64,000 nt of DNA, from sequence record MF360958.1. One strand, written 5' to 3'. A program made the position numbers and the translations under genes. Under the pieces are notes generated by a model that did no database searches, was not told the origin of the DNA, and saw only the letters and a list, made by a program, of their open reading frames with translations. This document shows, in pieces, positions 1 through 10,436 of this stretch. Position 1 is the first letter of the stretch. Each line of letters opens with the position of its first letter.

Positions 1-319
1 AATGTAAAGATTCGATAGCATCTTTAAGAATAATGCCATTAGTTTCTACTGTTTCACCATAATAAATAAAAGCATTTAAAACATTATCAAACATATCAAT
101 TTTAACATCTGTATATGATTTAAAATTATTATTAATAAGTTGTTCCCAACGTTCTCTATTTGCCTCTAGTGTATGAACTTGAGGATTTGCATACTGTTCT
201 TCAAAATCTTCTAACGTTATTTTTTCATTTTCATTAAGTGTTGTCTTTTTCTTTGGACGCTTACCATAGACCGCTTCGTCTAATTGGTTTAAGAATTCAT
301 CAGGATTTCGGTGTTTCAT
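1..319 (-). CDS. hypothetical protein, partial (runs off the window)
   Basis: Hand translation MKHRNPDEFLNQLDEAVYGKRPKK..., open to the window edge; GGAG RBS and TATAAATA (352-359, minus) upstream. Confidence 0.8.
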   Translation of the reverse strand, partial: MKHRNPDEFLNQLDEAVYGKRPKKKTTLNENEKITLEDFEEQYANPQVHTLEANRERWEQLINNNFKSYTDVKIDMFDNVLNAFIYYGETVETNGIILKDAIESLH

Positions 320-464
320 AAAATTTCACTCCAAATACGTATTGTTTATTATATTTATACGATTTTATAAATTTAAATTTGTTGTATTTGCTAATAAAAG
401 TTATATATAAAGATTATGATAAATACAATTAAATATTATATTAACAAAATAAGGAGCTTTTATA

Positions 465-1115
465 ATGAATGACATTCGCAAATATATGAGTCTTTTAGAA
501 AATGCCGAGCATTCCAATATTGAAAAAGATTATCATACTGATGAAAACCTTGACGAAATAGATGACAGCGAATACGTAACGATTGAGGACGAATTTATTC
601 TTCCAAGCGATTGGAATACGGCACTATTACATGGTGATTATTCTACCCTAAGTGATGAGGAAAAGAAAGAAGTTGATAAATTTCTTGAAGAATTTCCATT
701 AGCAAATTACATTACTTCCGATATCGAAGAGCTTGGTTTCCGTCAATATAATGATGCTAATAAGAAGGGTCAGGATGTATCACTGTATAAAGCATTTAAG
801 AAAGTCCCTAAAGAAGAAGCAACAGATGAATTGCTTGAAGCAGAGCTAAAGATGGGGGTTATTGAAACAGAAAATCAATTACGTCACAAAATTGCTAAAG
901 ATTTTTCTAAAATTACAAAAGATCTTAATAAACTTAATCCAGTACATAAAAAAGAAGTTAGTAAGATACTTCAAACATTCCTTAAAGATGATGTTGTTGA
1001 TCTTATGAATGTTAAAAAAGTTTTTAAAATGTTAGAAAATAATATTGAAGAAACAGGTGATGCTTACGATAATATGGCTACTTACCTCCAATATATTAAA
1101 AATGTTCTTAGTTAA
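465..1115 (+). CDS. acidic late protein, putative internal head protein
   Basis: AGGAG RBS; N-terminus MNDIRKYMSLLENAE; ATAAATA upstream. Confidence 0.6.
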   Translation: MNDIRKYMSLLENAEHSNIEKDYHTDENLDEIDDSEYVTIEDEFILPSDWNTALLHGDYSTLSDEEKKEVDKFLEEFPLANYITSDIEELGFRQYNDANKKGQDVSLYKAFKKVPKEEATDELLEAELKMGVIETENQLRHKIAKDFSKITKDLNKLNPVHKKEVSKILQTFLKDDVVDLMNVKKVFKMLENNIEETGDAYDNMATYLQYIKNVLS

Positions 1116-1126
1116 TAGGTTATGTT

Positions 1127-1516
1127 ATGAAAATTAATGATTTTACATCTACTAAATTATTTGAGGATGAAGGGAAATACACTAAAAACACAATGTTCAC
1201 ACCTCCTAAAGCCGCACAAGAGAATGCTAAAAAAGCTTTAAACTATCGAAAAAAATACGGTGATGAAGTAAAAGGTGGTACGCGAGTAGGATGGACAAGA
1301 GCTAATCAGTTAGCTAATGGTGAAAAGATTTCATATGACATAGTTACTAGAATGTCTCAATTTGCGCGTCATCGAAAAAATGCTGAAATCTCTGATGATT
1401 TAAAAGGCGAGCCATGGAAAGATAATGGTTATATTGCATGGCTTATATGGGGTGGTGATGAAGGTGTTGAATGGGCTCAGCGCATGGTTGATAAGGTAGA
1501 AAATAACGAAAATTAA
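1127..1516 (+). CDS. conserved phage head-associated hypothetical protein
   Basis: PPxAAQENAKKAL...GGTRVGWTRANQLANG...IAWLIWGGD pattern recalled from phage head-morphogenesis loci. Confidence 0.55.
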   Translation: MKINDFTSTKLFEDEGKYTKNTMFTPPKAAQENAKKALNYRKKYGDEVKGGTRVGWTRANQLANGEKISYDIVTRMSQFARHRKNAEISDDLKGEPWKDNGYIAWLIWGGDEGVEWAQRMVDKVENNEN

Positions 1517-1581
1517 TTTACAAAGAATAAATAAGTATAAGATATTCAATCAAAAAAAAACAATTTAAGGATTAATATATT

Positions 1582-2724
1582 ATGTCTAATATGAAAAATT
1601 ATTTAAAACTTTTAGAAAACACAGAAAATAATGAATTTGAAAATCATTATGATGATTCTTTCAAGGTAAATGAACAAGATGGTACATTCTACATAGTAGG
1701 TGAAAATACTGGTGATGTATACGCAAGTTATAATGATAAAGAAGACGCTGACCTCCGTTGTGAAAATATGAATAAAATTGGTTATTCAAATATTGACAAC
1801 GATACACTTGTAAATGAAGATAAAGATAAATCAAATTCTTCTTATAACAACACTATTCGGAAGAAAAATCGAAAAGTAAATGAAGAATATGAAGATGAAA
1901 TGGATGTTGATGATGAAATGGATGTTGATGATGAAATGGATGTTGATGATGAACTCGATAATGAAATGTCTATGGAAGAACCTATGGATTCTGATCGAAT
2001 TAAAACAGATTTCGACACCATTGATTATGAAGATTCCGAATTAAATATTGATACAGAAGACTCCCAAGAAGATGATCTAATGTATAATTATACAGCAACT
2101 ATTCAACTTCATGGTTATAATTATCCGTTAGTTCTTAATTCTGATGATATTGATGAATTTAAAACAGTTATGAAAGTTCTTCGTCAAAGCGGTCTTAATC
2201 CTGAAGGAGAATATAAATGGAATAGCCGCACATTTACTTTAGATACTGATGATGAAACTATTACAGAAAGTGAAGAAGGTGGTCCTATCGAATCAAGTAA
2301 AATGCATAAAGATCTTGATGTTTCTGACAAGATGAAGAAAAAGTCTGATGTGAAATATGATAAATCAGATATTGGTATGGACGGTTATGAGAACGGTTCT
2401 GAAGAAGAAGTTTACGATCCTTCACGTAATGTTCCGACTGATAAACAGAATCGTACTATCAAACACAAAGACGTTTCAAAGGATCGTAAGATTGAAGATC
2501 CTATGAAACCTGACGAACCTAGTAACTATGATACTGTCGAAGGTGGTCAAGACATTTTTGATAATACTGATGAAATGGATGTTTTCAAAACTGGTAATGA
2601 AGGTGATGAAAGTGGTAGAATTGATTATGAAGCTACTGATCAGGAAATCCGTGATATTCTTAAAATGAGCGGGCAGCTTGATTATAATAAATCAGATCAA
2701 GGTGAAAATCTCTCAGGAGAATAA
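1582..2724 (+). CDS. very acidic late protein, putative scaffold or internal head protein
   Basis: D/E-rich; N-terminus MSNMKNYLKLLENTE; several [LVI]-x-E sites. Confidence 0.55.
   Translation: MSNMKNYLKLLENTENNEFENHYDDSFKVNEQDGTFYIVGENTGDVYASYNDKEDADLRCENMNKIGYSNIDNDTLVNEDKDKSNSSYNNTIRKKNRKVNEEYEDEMDVDDEMDVDDEMDVDDELDNEMSMEEPMDSDRIKTDFDTIDYEDSELNIDTEDSQEDDLMYNYTATIQLHGYNYPLVLNSDDIDEFKTVMKVLRQSGLNPEGEYKWNSRTFTLDTDDETITESEEGGPIESSKMHKDLDVSDKMKKKSDVKYDKSDIGMDGYENGSEEEVYDPSRNVPTDKQNRTIKHKDVSKDRKIEDPMKPDEPSNYDTVEGGQDIFDNTDEMDVFKTGNEGDESGRIDYEATDQEIRDILKMSGQLDYNKSDQGENLSGE
1894..1953 (+). repeat. 18-bp tandem repeat x3 (GATGAAATGGATGTTGAT; DEMDVD)
   Basis: Three exact copies plus a partial, in frame within the CDS. 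Confidence 0.95.
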
Positions 2725-2756
2725 ATACAATTGTCATTATTCCATTTGACACTCAT

Positions 2757-2781
2757 AAAGCCCTCTTAGAAGGGCTTTTTT
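2757..2781 (+). terminator. intrinsic terminator
   Basis: AAAGCCCT-CTTAGA-AGGGCTTTTTT. Confidence 0.85.
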
Positions 2782-2791
2782 ATGTTTATTT

Positions 2792-2799
2792 TATAAATA
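2792..2799 (+). promoter_or_regulatory. T4-like late promoter TATAAATA
   Basis: Exact T4 late consensus about 20 nt upstream of ATG 2821; related NATAAATA boxes precede most structural-looking genes. Confidence 0.7.
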
Positions 2800-2820
2800 T
2801 TATAAAAGATAGAGGATATT

Positions 2821-4161
2821 ATGAATTTAAAAGAACAAGTCTCACCTTATGATAATCCTAGAATTGACATTGGATTGATGACTGCTGAAGAATTTCTTGA
2901 ATATAAAAATCCTTCAGGTAAAAAACATTCCAGTGAAATATATCAAGATGATATTGATTCTATGAATCAAGATTATAATACAGGAAATCTTACCGTTTTA
3001 AATCTTGCTGGTATGAATGAAAGAATATTGATAAATCACGCAAGTGACGGATATTATATAAAACTAGATCGTTCAGACTCTCATCCAGTGGGTGTTATTC
3101 ATAATAATGTTCTTTATCATACTAATGAATTACCAGTAAATAACATTCCTAATATTATAGTATTAGATAAACCACACGAAGGTATGGATGAATTTAATAT
3201 TCCTAAGAATAAGAAAAAAGTAAAATATATATCCGAATATATGCCTTTAATCTTTGATCCTGCCTCAAAGAATTATTCAGATTTTCCCTATGTTCTTAAT
3301 AGAAAAAAGATAGGAAATGAATATTTTGAAGTAAGGGCCGCGTCAGAAGATCCTACTAATGTCCCTCACGAACCTATTATAATTACAAATGAAATGGGTC
3401 TAAGAGTGGCTTCAGCGGCTGACGAATGGGGTGCTACCCTCATAAAAGTAGCACAAGAATATCGAGGATATGGACTTGGTAAATTAGTTGGAAAATATTT
3501 TTATTACTATTTTCCTCATAAGCGCTCAGGTGGCTTTACCTCTTCCGGCGAACGAAATGCTCTAAAGATATGGCAAGACCGTGTTCGTAAGATGATTGCT
3601 AACGGATGGTATAGATACCTTATCAACCAAGGCGAAATTTCAAAAGAAAAAGTCAAACAGATCATTGATAGTGTTGGTGAAAAAATATCCGATCCAAAAC
3701 TAGATTCTGAAAAAAACACAAATGAACAACCTAAAAAAGATGAACCTATAATTTATATACAAGATGATTTGATAAATTTTGTTATATATGATGTTAAATT
3801 CTTTGAAGAACAATCTGAAGAATACATCTATGGATTTGGTTTTTTCAGACAAGATTCACAAGGCAGAACTATTCTCTATAGATTAGATTATGATAAAAAG
3901 TATAAAAAGTTAACTTCTTACCTCGCATTGCAACTTGCGAAAACCAAAGATGAATTTCTTTATATTAAGTCGCCACCTTCAGATATGGTAGAATTTGATG
4001 ATCTTGAAAATGTCATCATTGATGACAATTATGCTATATTACAAAAAGATGTTCTCGATATAAAAAGACTTCAGAAATTAGAAAAGGAATATCGGAAACA
4101 GCATGATAACTATGATGAAGTATTTTATATACTCTTAGAAATGGCTGAAGCGAAATGGTGA
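2821..4161 (+). CDS. late protein with GNAT-like acetyltransferase motif
   Basis: IKVAQEYRGYGLGK matches the GNAT acetyl-CoA binding motif A. Confidence 0.5.
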   Translation: MNLKEQVSPYDNPRIDIGLMTAEEFLEYKNPSGKKHSSEIYQDDIDSMNQDYNTGNLTVLNLAGMNERILINHASDGYYIKLDRSDSHPVGVIHNNVLYHTNELPVNNIPNIIVLDKPHEGMDEFNIPKNKKKVKYISEYMPLIFDPASKNYSDFPYVLNRKKIGNEYFEVRAASEDPTNVPHEPIIITNEMGLRVASAADEWGATLIKVAQEYRGYGLGKLVGKYFYYYFPHKRSGGFTSSGERNALKIWQDRVRKMIANGWYRYLINQGEISKEKVKQIIDSVGEKISDPKLDSEKNTNEQPKKDEPIIYIQDDLINFVIYDVKFFEEQSEEYIYGFGFFRQDSQGRTILYRLDYDKKYKKLTSYLALQLAKTKDEFLYIKSPPSDMVEFDDLENVIIDDNYAILQKDVLDIKRLQKLEKEYRKQHDNYDEVFYILLEMAEAKW

Positions 4162-4167
4162 AAAATT

Positions 4168-4920
4168 TTATTGATACTGTGTGAGATCGTATAGATCTTG
4201 TTTATTTTCATCATAGTACTGATAGAGACGCTTTTTAAGTCTTTTATGATTATCATCAGAAAGATAGTTAATAAACTCTTTATCAAAATGATTGTAAATA
4301 ACATCTAGAAACTGTTCAAAACTATCGCCTCCAAAACGTTTCTCAAGGAATGATTGTAATGATGGTATTCTCTCAGAATTTTCCTTAGCTTTTTTATGGA
4401 ATAATTCTATACGATTCTCAAAGTTATCGATACCTTCTTGATAATATGCATTGTACTCCGCAGGCGTATTATAATAATCACGCAAAGTTTCTTCTTTAGA
4501 GGAAGGTTTTATTTGCTGGAAACTTCTATCTTGATCATAAAGATGTGTTAATTCATGAACAAACAATTTACGTCTGTTGTCATTTTTAATGAACTCATCA
4601 AATATATCAAACGTAGATTGATCAATATACATTACTAGTATACGTTTATCGCCATCAACACCGGCAGCTACTGGTTGACCTTGAAATTTACTTTTTTTAG
4701 TTTCTTCATCTAAAACTCTTATTAAAATTTTAAAAGTAAGAGTATGATTTATACCTAAATCATCTGAAGAATTTAAATAGTAATCGCCTTTAGGCGTTTT
4801 CCTAAAACCTTCTAAACCATGTTCATCTACGAAGTTTACAAATTTATTATAAACATCTAGTGCCTGTTGGCGAAATTGTTTGTCAGTTTGTGGATCTTCA
4901 AATAATTGTTCAAGTTTCAT
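4168..4920 (-). CDS. zincin-like metallopeptidase
   Basis: HELTH (HExxH) and downstream YYNTPAEYNAY; N-terminus MKLEQLFED; AATAAATA upstream. Confidence 0.65.
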   Translation of the reverse strand: MKLEQLFEDPQTDKQFRQQALDVYNKFVNFVDEHGLEGFRKTPKGDYYLNSSDDLGINHTLTFKILIRVLDEETKKSKFQGQPVAAGVDGDKRILVMYIDQSTFDIFDEFIKNDNRRKLFVHELTHLYDQDRSFQQIKPSSKEETLRDYYNTPAEYNAYYQEGIDNFENRIELFHKKAKENSERIPSLQSFLEKRFGGDSFEQFLDVIYNHFDKEFINYLSDDNHKRLKKRLYQYYDENKQDLYDLTQYQ

Positions 4921-4928
4921 ACAATTAT

Positions 4929-5630
4929 TTATTGTTTATTAAGATTTTGAAAAACTTTCCTAATATAATATTGAGAATCCTTATGTATTAAGGAAGATTT
5001 AACCATATTTGCTTTTAGAGGCTCTATAAAATTATCGATAACATCCGGGAATGTATAATCATTCTTTAATGAAACTTTATTTAAATCTATTTGGCAATGA
5101 TAAAAAATATCATACATTCTCATGAATGCTTTATAAACAGAATTTCCGCCTAATACCTTTACATGAGTTTTATTCATTTCGGAACAAAGTCTAATACATT
5201 CACGAACTAATTGATTTTGATAGTATTCACTATTATCAGGATAGTTGCATTCAGAAATATGCTTTTTAGGTAATTCATTATAAACATCACTAGGACCATT
5301 TCTATCTTTTTCTAAACTTTTTAGGTCAATACTATCAGGAGAACTACATAAAAAATCAATTTTAAACTCATGTGTACGATTAAATATTTTCGTAAAAGCC
5401 TTTTTCATACTTTCAAAATTGTTATTTCCAGTGACAAATAATGTTTTATCAATTGGACAATCTAGCATAAACTGTTTCAACATTTCTTTATCAAAATTGC
5501 GAATATCAGAATCATCGCAAGCTGAAATAATAGGTAAACGATTATTCAAAGTATCCATACATGTATAATAATTCATCTCTGTGTCTGTTAATATCATCCC
5601 TGAAATTGTTATATCCTCTATTTTTTCCAT
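4929..5630 (-). CDS. divergent dihydrofolate reductase-like protein
   Basis: Start moved to ATG 5630 (GAGG RBS); TGNNNFESM, VKVLGGNSVYKAF and DYTFP resemble DHFR motifs. Confidence 0.45.
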   Translation of the reverse strand: MEKIEDITISGMILTDTEMNYYTCMDTLNNRLPIISACDDSDIRNFDKEMLKQFMLDCPIDKTLFVTGNNNFESMKKAFTKIFNRTHEFKIDFLCSSPDSIDLKSLEKDRNGPSDVYNELPKKHISECNYPDNSEYYQNQLVRECIRLCSEMNKTHVKVLGGNSVYKAFMRMYDIFYHCQIDLNKVSLKNDYTFPDVIDNFIEPLKANMVKSSLIHKDSQYYIRKVFQNLNKQ

Positions 5631-5631
5631 A

Positions 5632-6741
5632 TCAATCCTCGCTTTTAAGTAGAAATTTATGCGAAATAGTTTTGAAGCTAACCCTGTTATTAGGGTCATC
5701 ATCATTAATATATACAAGTCCTTCGCGGTTCTTGTAATTGATACTCTTACCATCAGCACGTTTCATAATGGCTTCAAGATTATCATATTCAGTGAATAGT
5801 TGAATAGGTTCAAATACCGGAACTGTTTCCGCACCAATTTGATCACAAATTTGTTTTGTTTCATCTAGCGTTAGGAATGTCTGATTTGTAATATCAAACA
5901 TACGGAACACATAGACTCTGTATGTATTAAATTGCTCTTTGTTACCTTGAATACCCGGACCCATAAGCTCGCCCTGTACTGCAAGTTGATGATCATTTTT
6001 ACGGCACCAATCTACGAGATTATCCATCACACTATTATACTGCCATCCTTTCCAGAAGAAAGATTCTGTATCAGGACAAAGCGCAAGATTACGTGAACAC
6101 ACAAACCATTGATCATTATTTTCAGAATCAACGTCTACGGTGTCGTAAAAAAGATTATCATTGTTAACATACACAAGCGTAGTGGAACTACCATCAAGTT
6201 TCATAGTAGGCGTAAACCATGTATCTTTATAATCTTCGCTGTATTCGTTGTAAAGGTTTTCAAGACGTTCTTCGTCAGTCTTAGGAACGAAAAACGGATA
6301 ATCGCCTGCTGGACGAGCACCGGTTCCCATATCAGGGATTTCGTACTTTTCAACACTAAGAAGTTCAGACAAATCATGTCGTTCAGAACATACACTTTCA
6401 ATACCACCGTTATGACGTGCATATTCCATAACTTCAGGGAAATAATTGATGGGAAGCGCAAGACCTTGAGAAACAACACCACGAAGCTTAATTGTTTTCA
6501 ATCGAAGCCCTTCTTTCCCGTTCATCTTTTTATAAGATGATTTTTTGAGAAATTCAAAGCGTTCGTCATCAATGGGAAGGAATGAATCAATCTCAAACAT
6601 CACACAATAATCGCCAATGTCGAATTCACCTTTTTTCGTAACAATATTCCAACCGTCTACGGTTGCAACAACAATATTGTCAGCATTTTCGATATCGTTA
6701 AGATCATCAATTGTGCGGACAGAAACAAGTTTACGGGACAT
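5632..6741 (-). CDS. RNA ligase, DRB0094-like family
   Basis: N-terminal RKLVSVR...DG...VMFEIDS domain; ligase motifs KLDGSS, QGELMGPGIQGN, FDI, REGLV, SFKTIS. Confidence 0.9.
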   Translation of the reverse strand: MSRKLVSVRTIDDLNDIENADNIVVATVDGWNIVTKKGEFDIGDYCVMFEIDSFLPIDDERFEFLKKSSYKKMNGKEGLRLKTIKLRGVVSQGLALPINYFPEVMEYARHNGGIESVCSERHDLSELLSVEKYEIPDMGTGARPAGDYPFFVPKTDEERLENLYNEYSEDYKDTWFTPTMKLDGSSTTLVYVNNDNLFYDTVDVDSENNDQWFVCSRNLALCPDTESFFWKGWQYNSVMDNLVDWCRKNDHQLAVQGELMGPGIQGNKEQFNTYRVYVFRMFDITNQTFLTLDETKQICDQIGAETVPVFEPIQLFTEYDNLEAIMKRADGKSINYKNREGLVYINDDDPNNRVSFKTISHKFLLKSED

Positions 6742-6822
6742 AATTAATCTCCAATTTGTAATGTTTAATCATAGCATTATGCACTACAATATATTAAAAA
6801 GTCAAGTCCCGTAAACGTTATT

Positions 6823-7560
6823 TCAATATGGCTGATATTCATTCTTCATTTTAAGAATTTTTACATACTTTTGAAATTCTTTAGTTTGCATAATTTCAGG
6901 ATGTGTTTCACAAATAACTTCTTGTTTAGGATTACGTTGAATGTATTCAACACAAAAATTAACATCATGCAAGTCTTTATATCGCGCATAACCATCTGTT
7001 ATATAATTATTTAATATTAATTTTTGTTTGCACTCTTTTGTACAGTATTCCCAATAACCTTTATTAATTATGCATTCAAGGACATCATTATTGTTGATGA
7101 ATATATAATCATTAATATCAATATAATCACTATGATCATCGATATAATTAATATTATGAGTGTGAGAACTAATTGATTGAGTAGGAAATGAATATGAATA
7201 ATTCGAATGCAATTGTGTTGTTATCACAGAATCAATATTTGATACTATGTTTTTATCATATGACGAAATAATATAAGGTTTTTCACCTTCTGGATCTATA
7301 GCTTTATCATTTAATAAATCATCAAAAATTGCATCAATATCGCCTTTATAACTCATCAGAAGATCATAATAAACTTTAACTAAATTAATCACGATTGTAT
7401 ATTCTGATTTATATTTTTTATTTTTTTGTAATTCTTGTTTTTCTAATTGTATAATACGTTTTATTTTTTCATAGGCGTCCGTGCTAATATCTTTATCTTT
7501 AATCTCATTGGTATCAATGTTATTAAAAATTTTATTTACATCAGTAATGTTATTATTCAT
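6823..7560 (-). CDS. hypothetical protein
   Basis: 245-aa ORF, GGAG RBS. Confidence 0.7.
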   Translation of the reverse strand: MNNNITDVNKIFNNIDTNEIKDKDISTDAYEKIKRIIQLEKQELQKNKKYKSEYTIVINLVKVYYDLLMSYKGDIDAIFDDLLNDKAIDPEGEKPYIISSYDKNIVSNIDSVITTQLHSNYSYSFPTQSISSHTHNINYIDDHSDYIDINDYIFINNNDVLECIINKGYWEYCTKECKQKLILNNYITDGYARYKDLHDVNFCVEYIQRNPKQEVICETHPEIMQTKEFQKYVKILKMKNEYQPY

Positions 7561-7616
7561 TGTTATTATTCTCCATTTTTCTATTTAATTGTAGAATGCA
7601 TAGTAAAAGATAATTA

Positions 7617-8027
7617 TTATTTTAATTGTTTATATATTTTCATATAACATCCTTGATAATAACCATTTAATAAATCTTTTTTAGTTAAATGGCTTAGTTC
7701 TCCATATATGCCATTTGTAGCTTTTTTCAAAAATTGAAACATAAAACTGTCTTGTCCGTACTTTTGTCCTATATTGGTATCGAGGATAGACATCACCCTT
7801 TCATGACTTATACCTTGTTGTCGAGCTTCATATATTTTTCTAGCCTCTATAACAAAATTTTTACAAATGGTTTCAGCTTTTTGTTTAGTTTTTGAACTAT
7901 AATCACTTGTTTTTATTTGATTTCCACTATATTGAGAATTACGAATCTCAAATGATGACCCAAAAGCAAAACTTGAAATCATTAAAAATGAAAATAATAA
8001 AATTGTTACAGTATTAAATCGTTTCAT
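7617..8027 (-). CDS. exported hypothetical protein
   Basis: Signal-peptide-like N-terminus MKRFNTVTILLFSFLMISSFAFG. Confidence 0.7.
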   Translation of the reverse strand: MKRFNTVTILLFSFLMISSFAFGSSFEIRNSQYSGNQIKTSDYSSKTKQKAETICKNFVIEARKIYEARQQGISHERVMSILDTNIGQKYGQDSFMFQFLKKATNGIYGELSHLTKKDLLNGYYQGCYMKIYKQLK

Positions 8028-8102
8028 AATAAAACTCCTATATATATTAAATAATGAACGTCTCTATTATACCTAAATATAATTTGTTAATCAATAATTA
8101 AC

Positions 8103-8936
8103 CTATAATATCATTTTATATTGATTAATTTTATCATCAATATAAGACTGAATATCATTATTAACTTGAATCTCTTTACAATCATTCAAAAAGTTATTAA
8201 CTTTTATATTTTTTAATGATTCCGCATTGCGGAACAAGACTATCATTTCATTATATTTATAAATGATAGAACATTCAGCATCAGTATCTTTAAAATGATC
8301 AATACTATTTTCTTTCCGAACAGTGTTTAACCGTCTATTGATATCTTTTCGTTTATCAAGTTTTGTTTGTGCATTAAAAAAGGGAATCTTATCTAATTCT
8401 CTCATTAAAGAATTACTAATAATTGAATTAATATATTCATCACGCATATAACAACTTATATTTACTACATCATGATCAATAATAGCCATTCCTTTGAAAT
8501 ATCCAAGATTAAGATAAAATTCATCGTTCAAAGTGTAGCCTGTAAATTTTAAAAAATCTTGCTGTTCTGTATTATAATTTTCCACTACTAAATCATAAAA
8601 AGTTTTAAGATTTAATAGATTATGATTTGTTTGATCAAATGCTTCCATCCAAAGCTGATTTTCCCCAATGCCTTTATACGAAAGGAGATTTTGAAAATAC
8701 CGTTTCTGTTGGGTTTTATTAAAATCACTTAAGCTACGCATGGCTTCTATATGATTAGAACAATATCTTGAAAACATTTTATTAAATGTTTCAGTATCAA
8801 TTTTCTCACGTACTGATTTATTGAAATTATAAACTGCTTCTTTACGGTTATTTTCTGAAAGAATGTGGTAATTATTGAAATATTTGATAATGATACGATC
8901 AATAATATCCACATCACCGTTGGTCTTAACAGTCAT
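8103..8936 (-). CDS. hypothetical protein
   Basis: 277-aa ORF, AGGTGG RBS. Confidence 0.7.
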   Translation of the reverse strand: MTVKTNGDVDIIDRIIIKYFNNYHILSENNRKEAVYNFNKSVREKIDTETFNKMFSRYCSNHIEAMRSLSDFNKTQQKRYFQNLLSYKGIGENQLWMEAFDQTNHNLLNLKTFYDLVVENYNTEQQDFLKFTGYTLNDEFYLNLGYFKGMAIIDHDVVNISCYMRDEYINSIISNSLMRELDKIPFFNAQTKLDKRKDINRRLNTVRKENSIDHFKDTDAECSIIYKYNEMIVLFRNAESLKNIKVNNFLNDCKEIQVNNDIQSYIDDKINQYKMIL

Positions 8937-9002
8937 AATACCACCTTTTAGTTAATACTATCATATAGTTTAGTTCTTTAAACATCCCTTGTCAATATTT
9001 TT

Positions 9003-10436
9003 TTACACATTATTAAGGTCATCTTTTTGACTGTCTTCACCATTCTTTGATTGAAGAACTTTATCTTTGACCATATCTGCATTAATTCTATTTCTAGAAA
9101 CTTCACCATAATCTTTATGGTAAGTGATACATGATGCGCTTCTACCTGCAAGATAGCCATGATTAGCGGCATGAGAATCTTTACTTGCAAGTGTTTGATG
9201 CTGTTCTATTACCATAAGATTATTCTCTTTAAGTTGAGCATGGTGAAGATGTCCTGTGTGACCATAACTAAACTTTGTACGCCCAAATGTATCTCTAAAT
9301 TTTCCTACAAAGACTTGCGTAATATTATTAATACGAGATTTATGTCCGTGATGGAAAAATATTGATGTTTTTCCATGCTCATAACAATAGTAAGGATCGG
9401 GAGAAATATCAACAGTTACACGTTCATTATCTGAAAAGAAATGGGAAAACATTTCTCTAAGCCAAGCGCTTGATGCGAGATCATGATTGCCTTCTGCCAT
9501 AATAACATGCACATGTTTATGAGTTTTAAGTAACATTCGTATTACATTTGTCATAACCTTGATAGCAACACGAACAAGCTTTTGAAATTTTGTATCAGCA
9601 TCAAGAATATTACCACTGGTTGGTGTTACAGGTAATAAACCATCCCAATGAATAAGATCACCTAATTGGGCTAGAATCGCAGTTTCCGCATTAGGTGCTT
9701 GGCATATTGCTTCTTTAAACCATTCGACGATAGTATCAACGGCGATGTTCATATCCCAATTATCATCCTTGGTTTCTTCATCCCACGCAAACATACCAAT
9801 ATGAGCATCTGAAAGAATAAAACAGTTAACAAGATTATCATCGGAACTATGATGATTTTGTTTGTCATAATCAATTTCAGAGGCAGGTTCAAAAGAATCT
9901 TTAAGACTTTCTGCTACTTGTAATAGTTTTTCTTTTTCATCTTCAAAAACACGTGATGTTTTTATCCATTCGCGTTTCTTTTCACCGTCCTCTACATAAA
10001 CTGAGTGTCCCTTAATATGTTGAAATTGTGGATCAACACCTATACTTTGCAATACCTGATTTTCATATTCAGGGCTGAAAGCACTTTTTGTATTATCGAC
10101 ATGATGAGGTTCACCTTTATCATCAAATTGAAAATGGAATTGATTCTTATCAAGTTCGTCGCGTTCTGCTTGGGGAACACTAGGATGATTATGATTGATA
10201 TCATAATGTACTTCATCTTTCATAGTAGTTGTATCATACGCAGAACCAGAGCTATTTTTACGTTCATACTCTTTAGCATTTCGTCTAACACGTCCTACAA
10301 TACTTTGAATTGCTGTACTACTTAGGCCGGTTTCAATGCTTGCAATTTCACGATTACCATGTTGTTCAAGAATAGACATAACATTGTATTGATTTTGTGT
10401 ATTACAAAATTGTTTTAAATAACTGTATTCATTCAT
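9003..10436 (-). CDS. calcineurin-like metallophosphoesterase with N-terminal HTH-like region
   Basis: SDAHIG, LGDLIH, EGNHD, HHGH and GHTGHLH motifs. Confidence 0.8.
   Translation of the reverse strand: MNEYSYLKQFCNTQNQYNVMSILEQHGNREIASIETGLSSTAIQSIVGRVRRNAKEYERKNSSGSAYDTTTMKDEVHYDINHNHPSVPQAERDELDKNQFHFQFDDKGEPHHVDNTKSAFSPEYENQVLQSIGVDPQFQHIKGHSVYVEDGEKKREWIKTSRVFEDEKEKLLQVAESLKDSFEPASEIDYDKQNHHSSDDNLVNCFILSDAHIGMFAWDEETKDDNWDMNIAVDTIVEWFKEAICQAPNAETAILAQLGDLIHWDGLLPVTPTSGNILDADTKFQKLVRVAIKVMTNVIRMLLKTHKHVHVIMAEGNHDLASSAWLREMFSHFFSDNERVTVDISPDPYYCYEHGKTSIFFHHGHKSRINNITQVFVGKFRDTFGRTKFSYGHTGHLHHAQLKENNLMVIEQHQTLASKDSHAANHGYLAGRSASCITYHKDYGEVSRNRINADMVKDKVLQSKNGEDSQKDDLNNV

Noticed and set aside
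6109-6814. ORFs 6109-6540, 6201-6482 and 6617-6814
   Set aside because: Nested in or antisense to the RNA ligase gene; the same reasoning applies to the other short nested ORFs in the track
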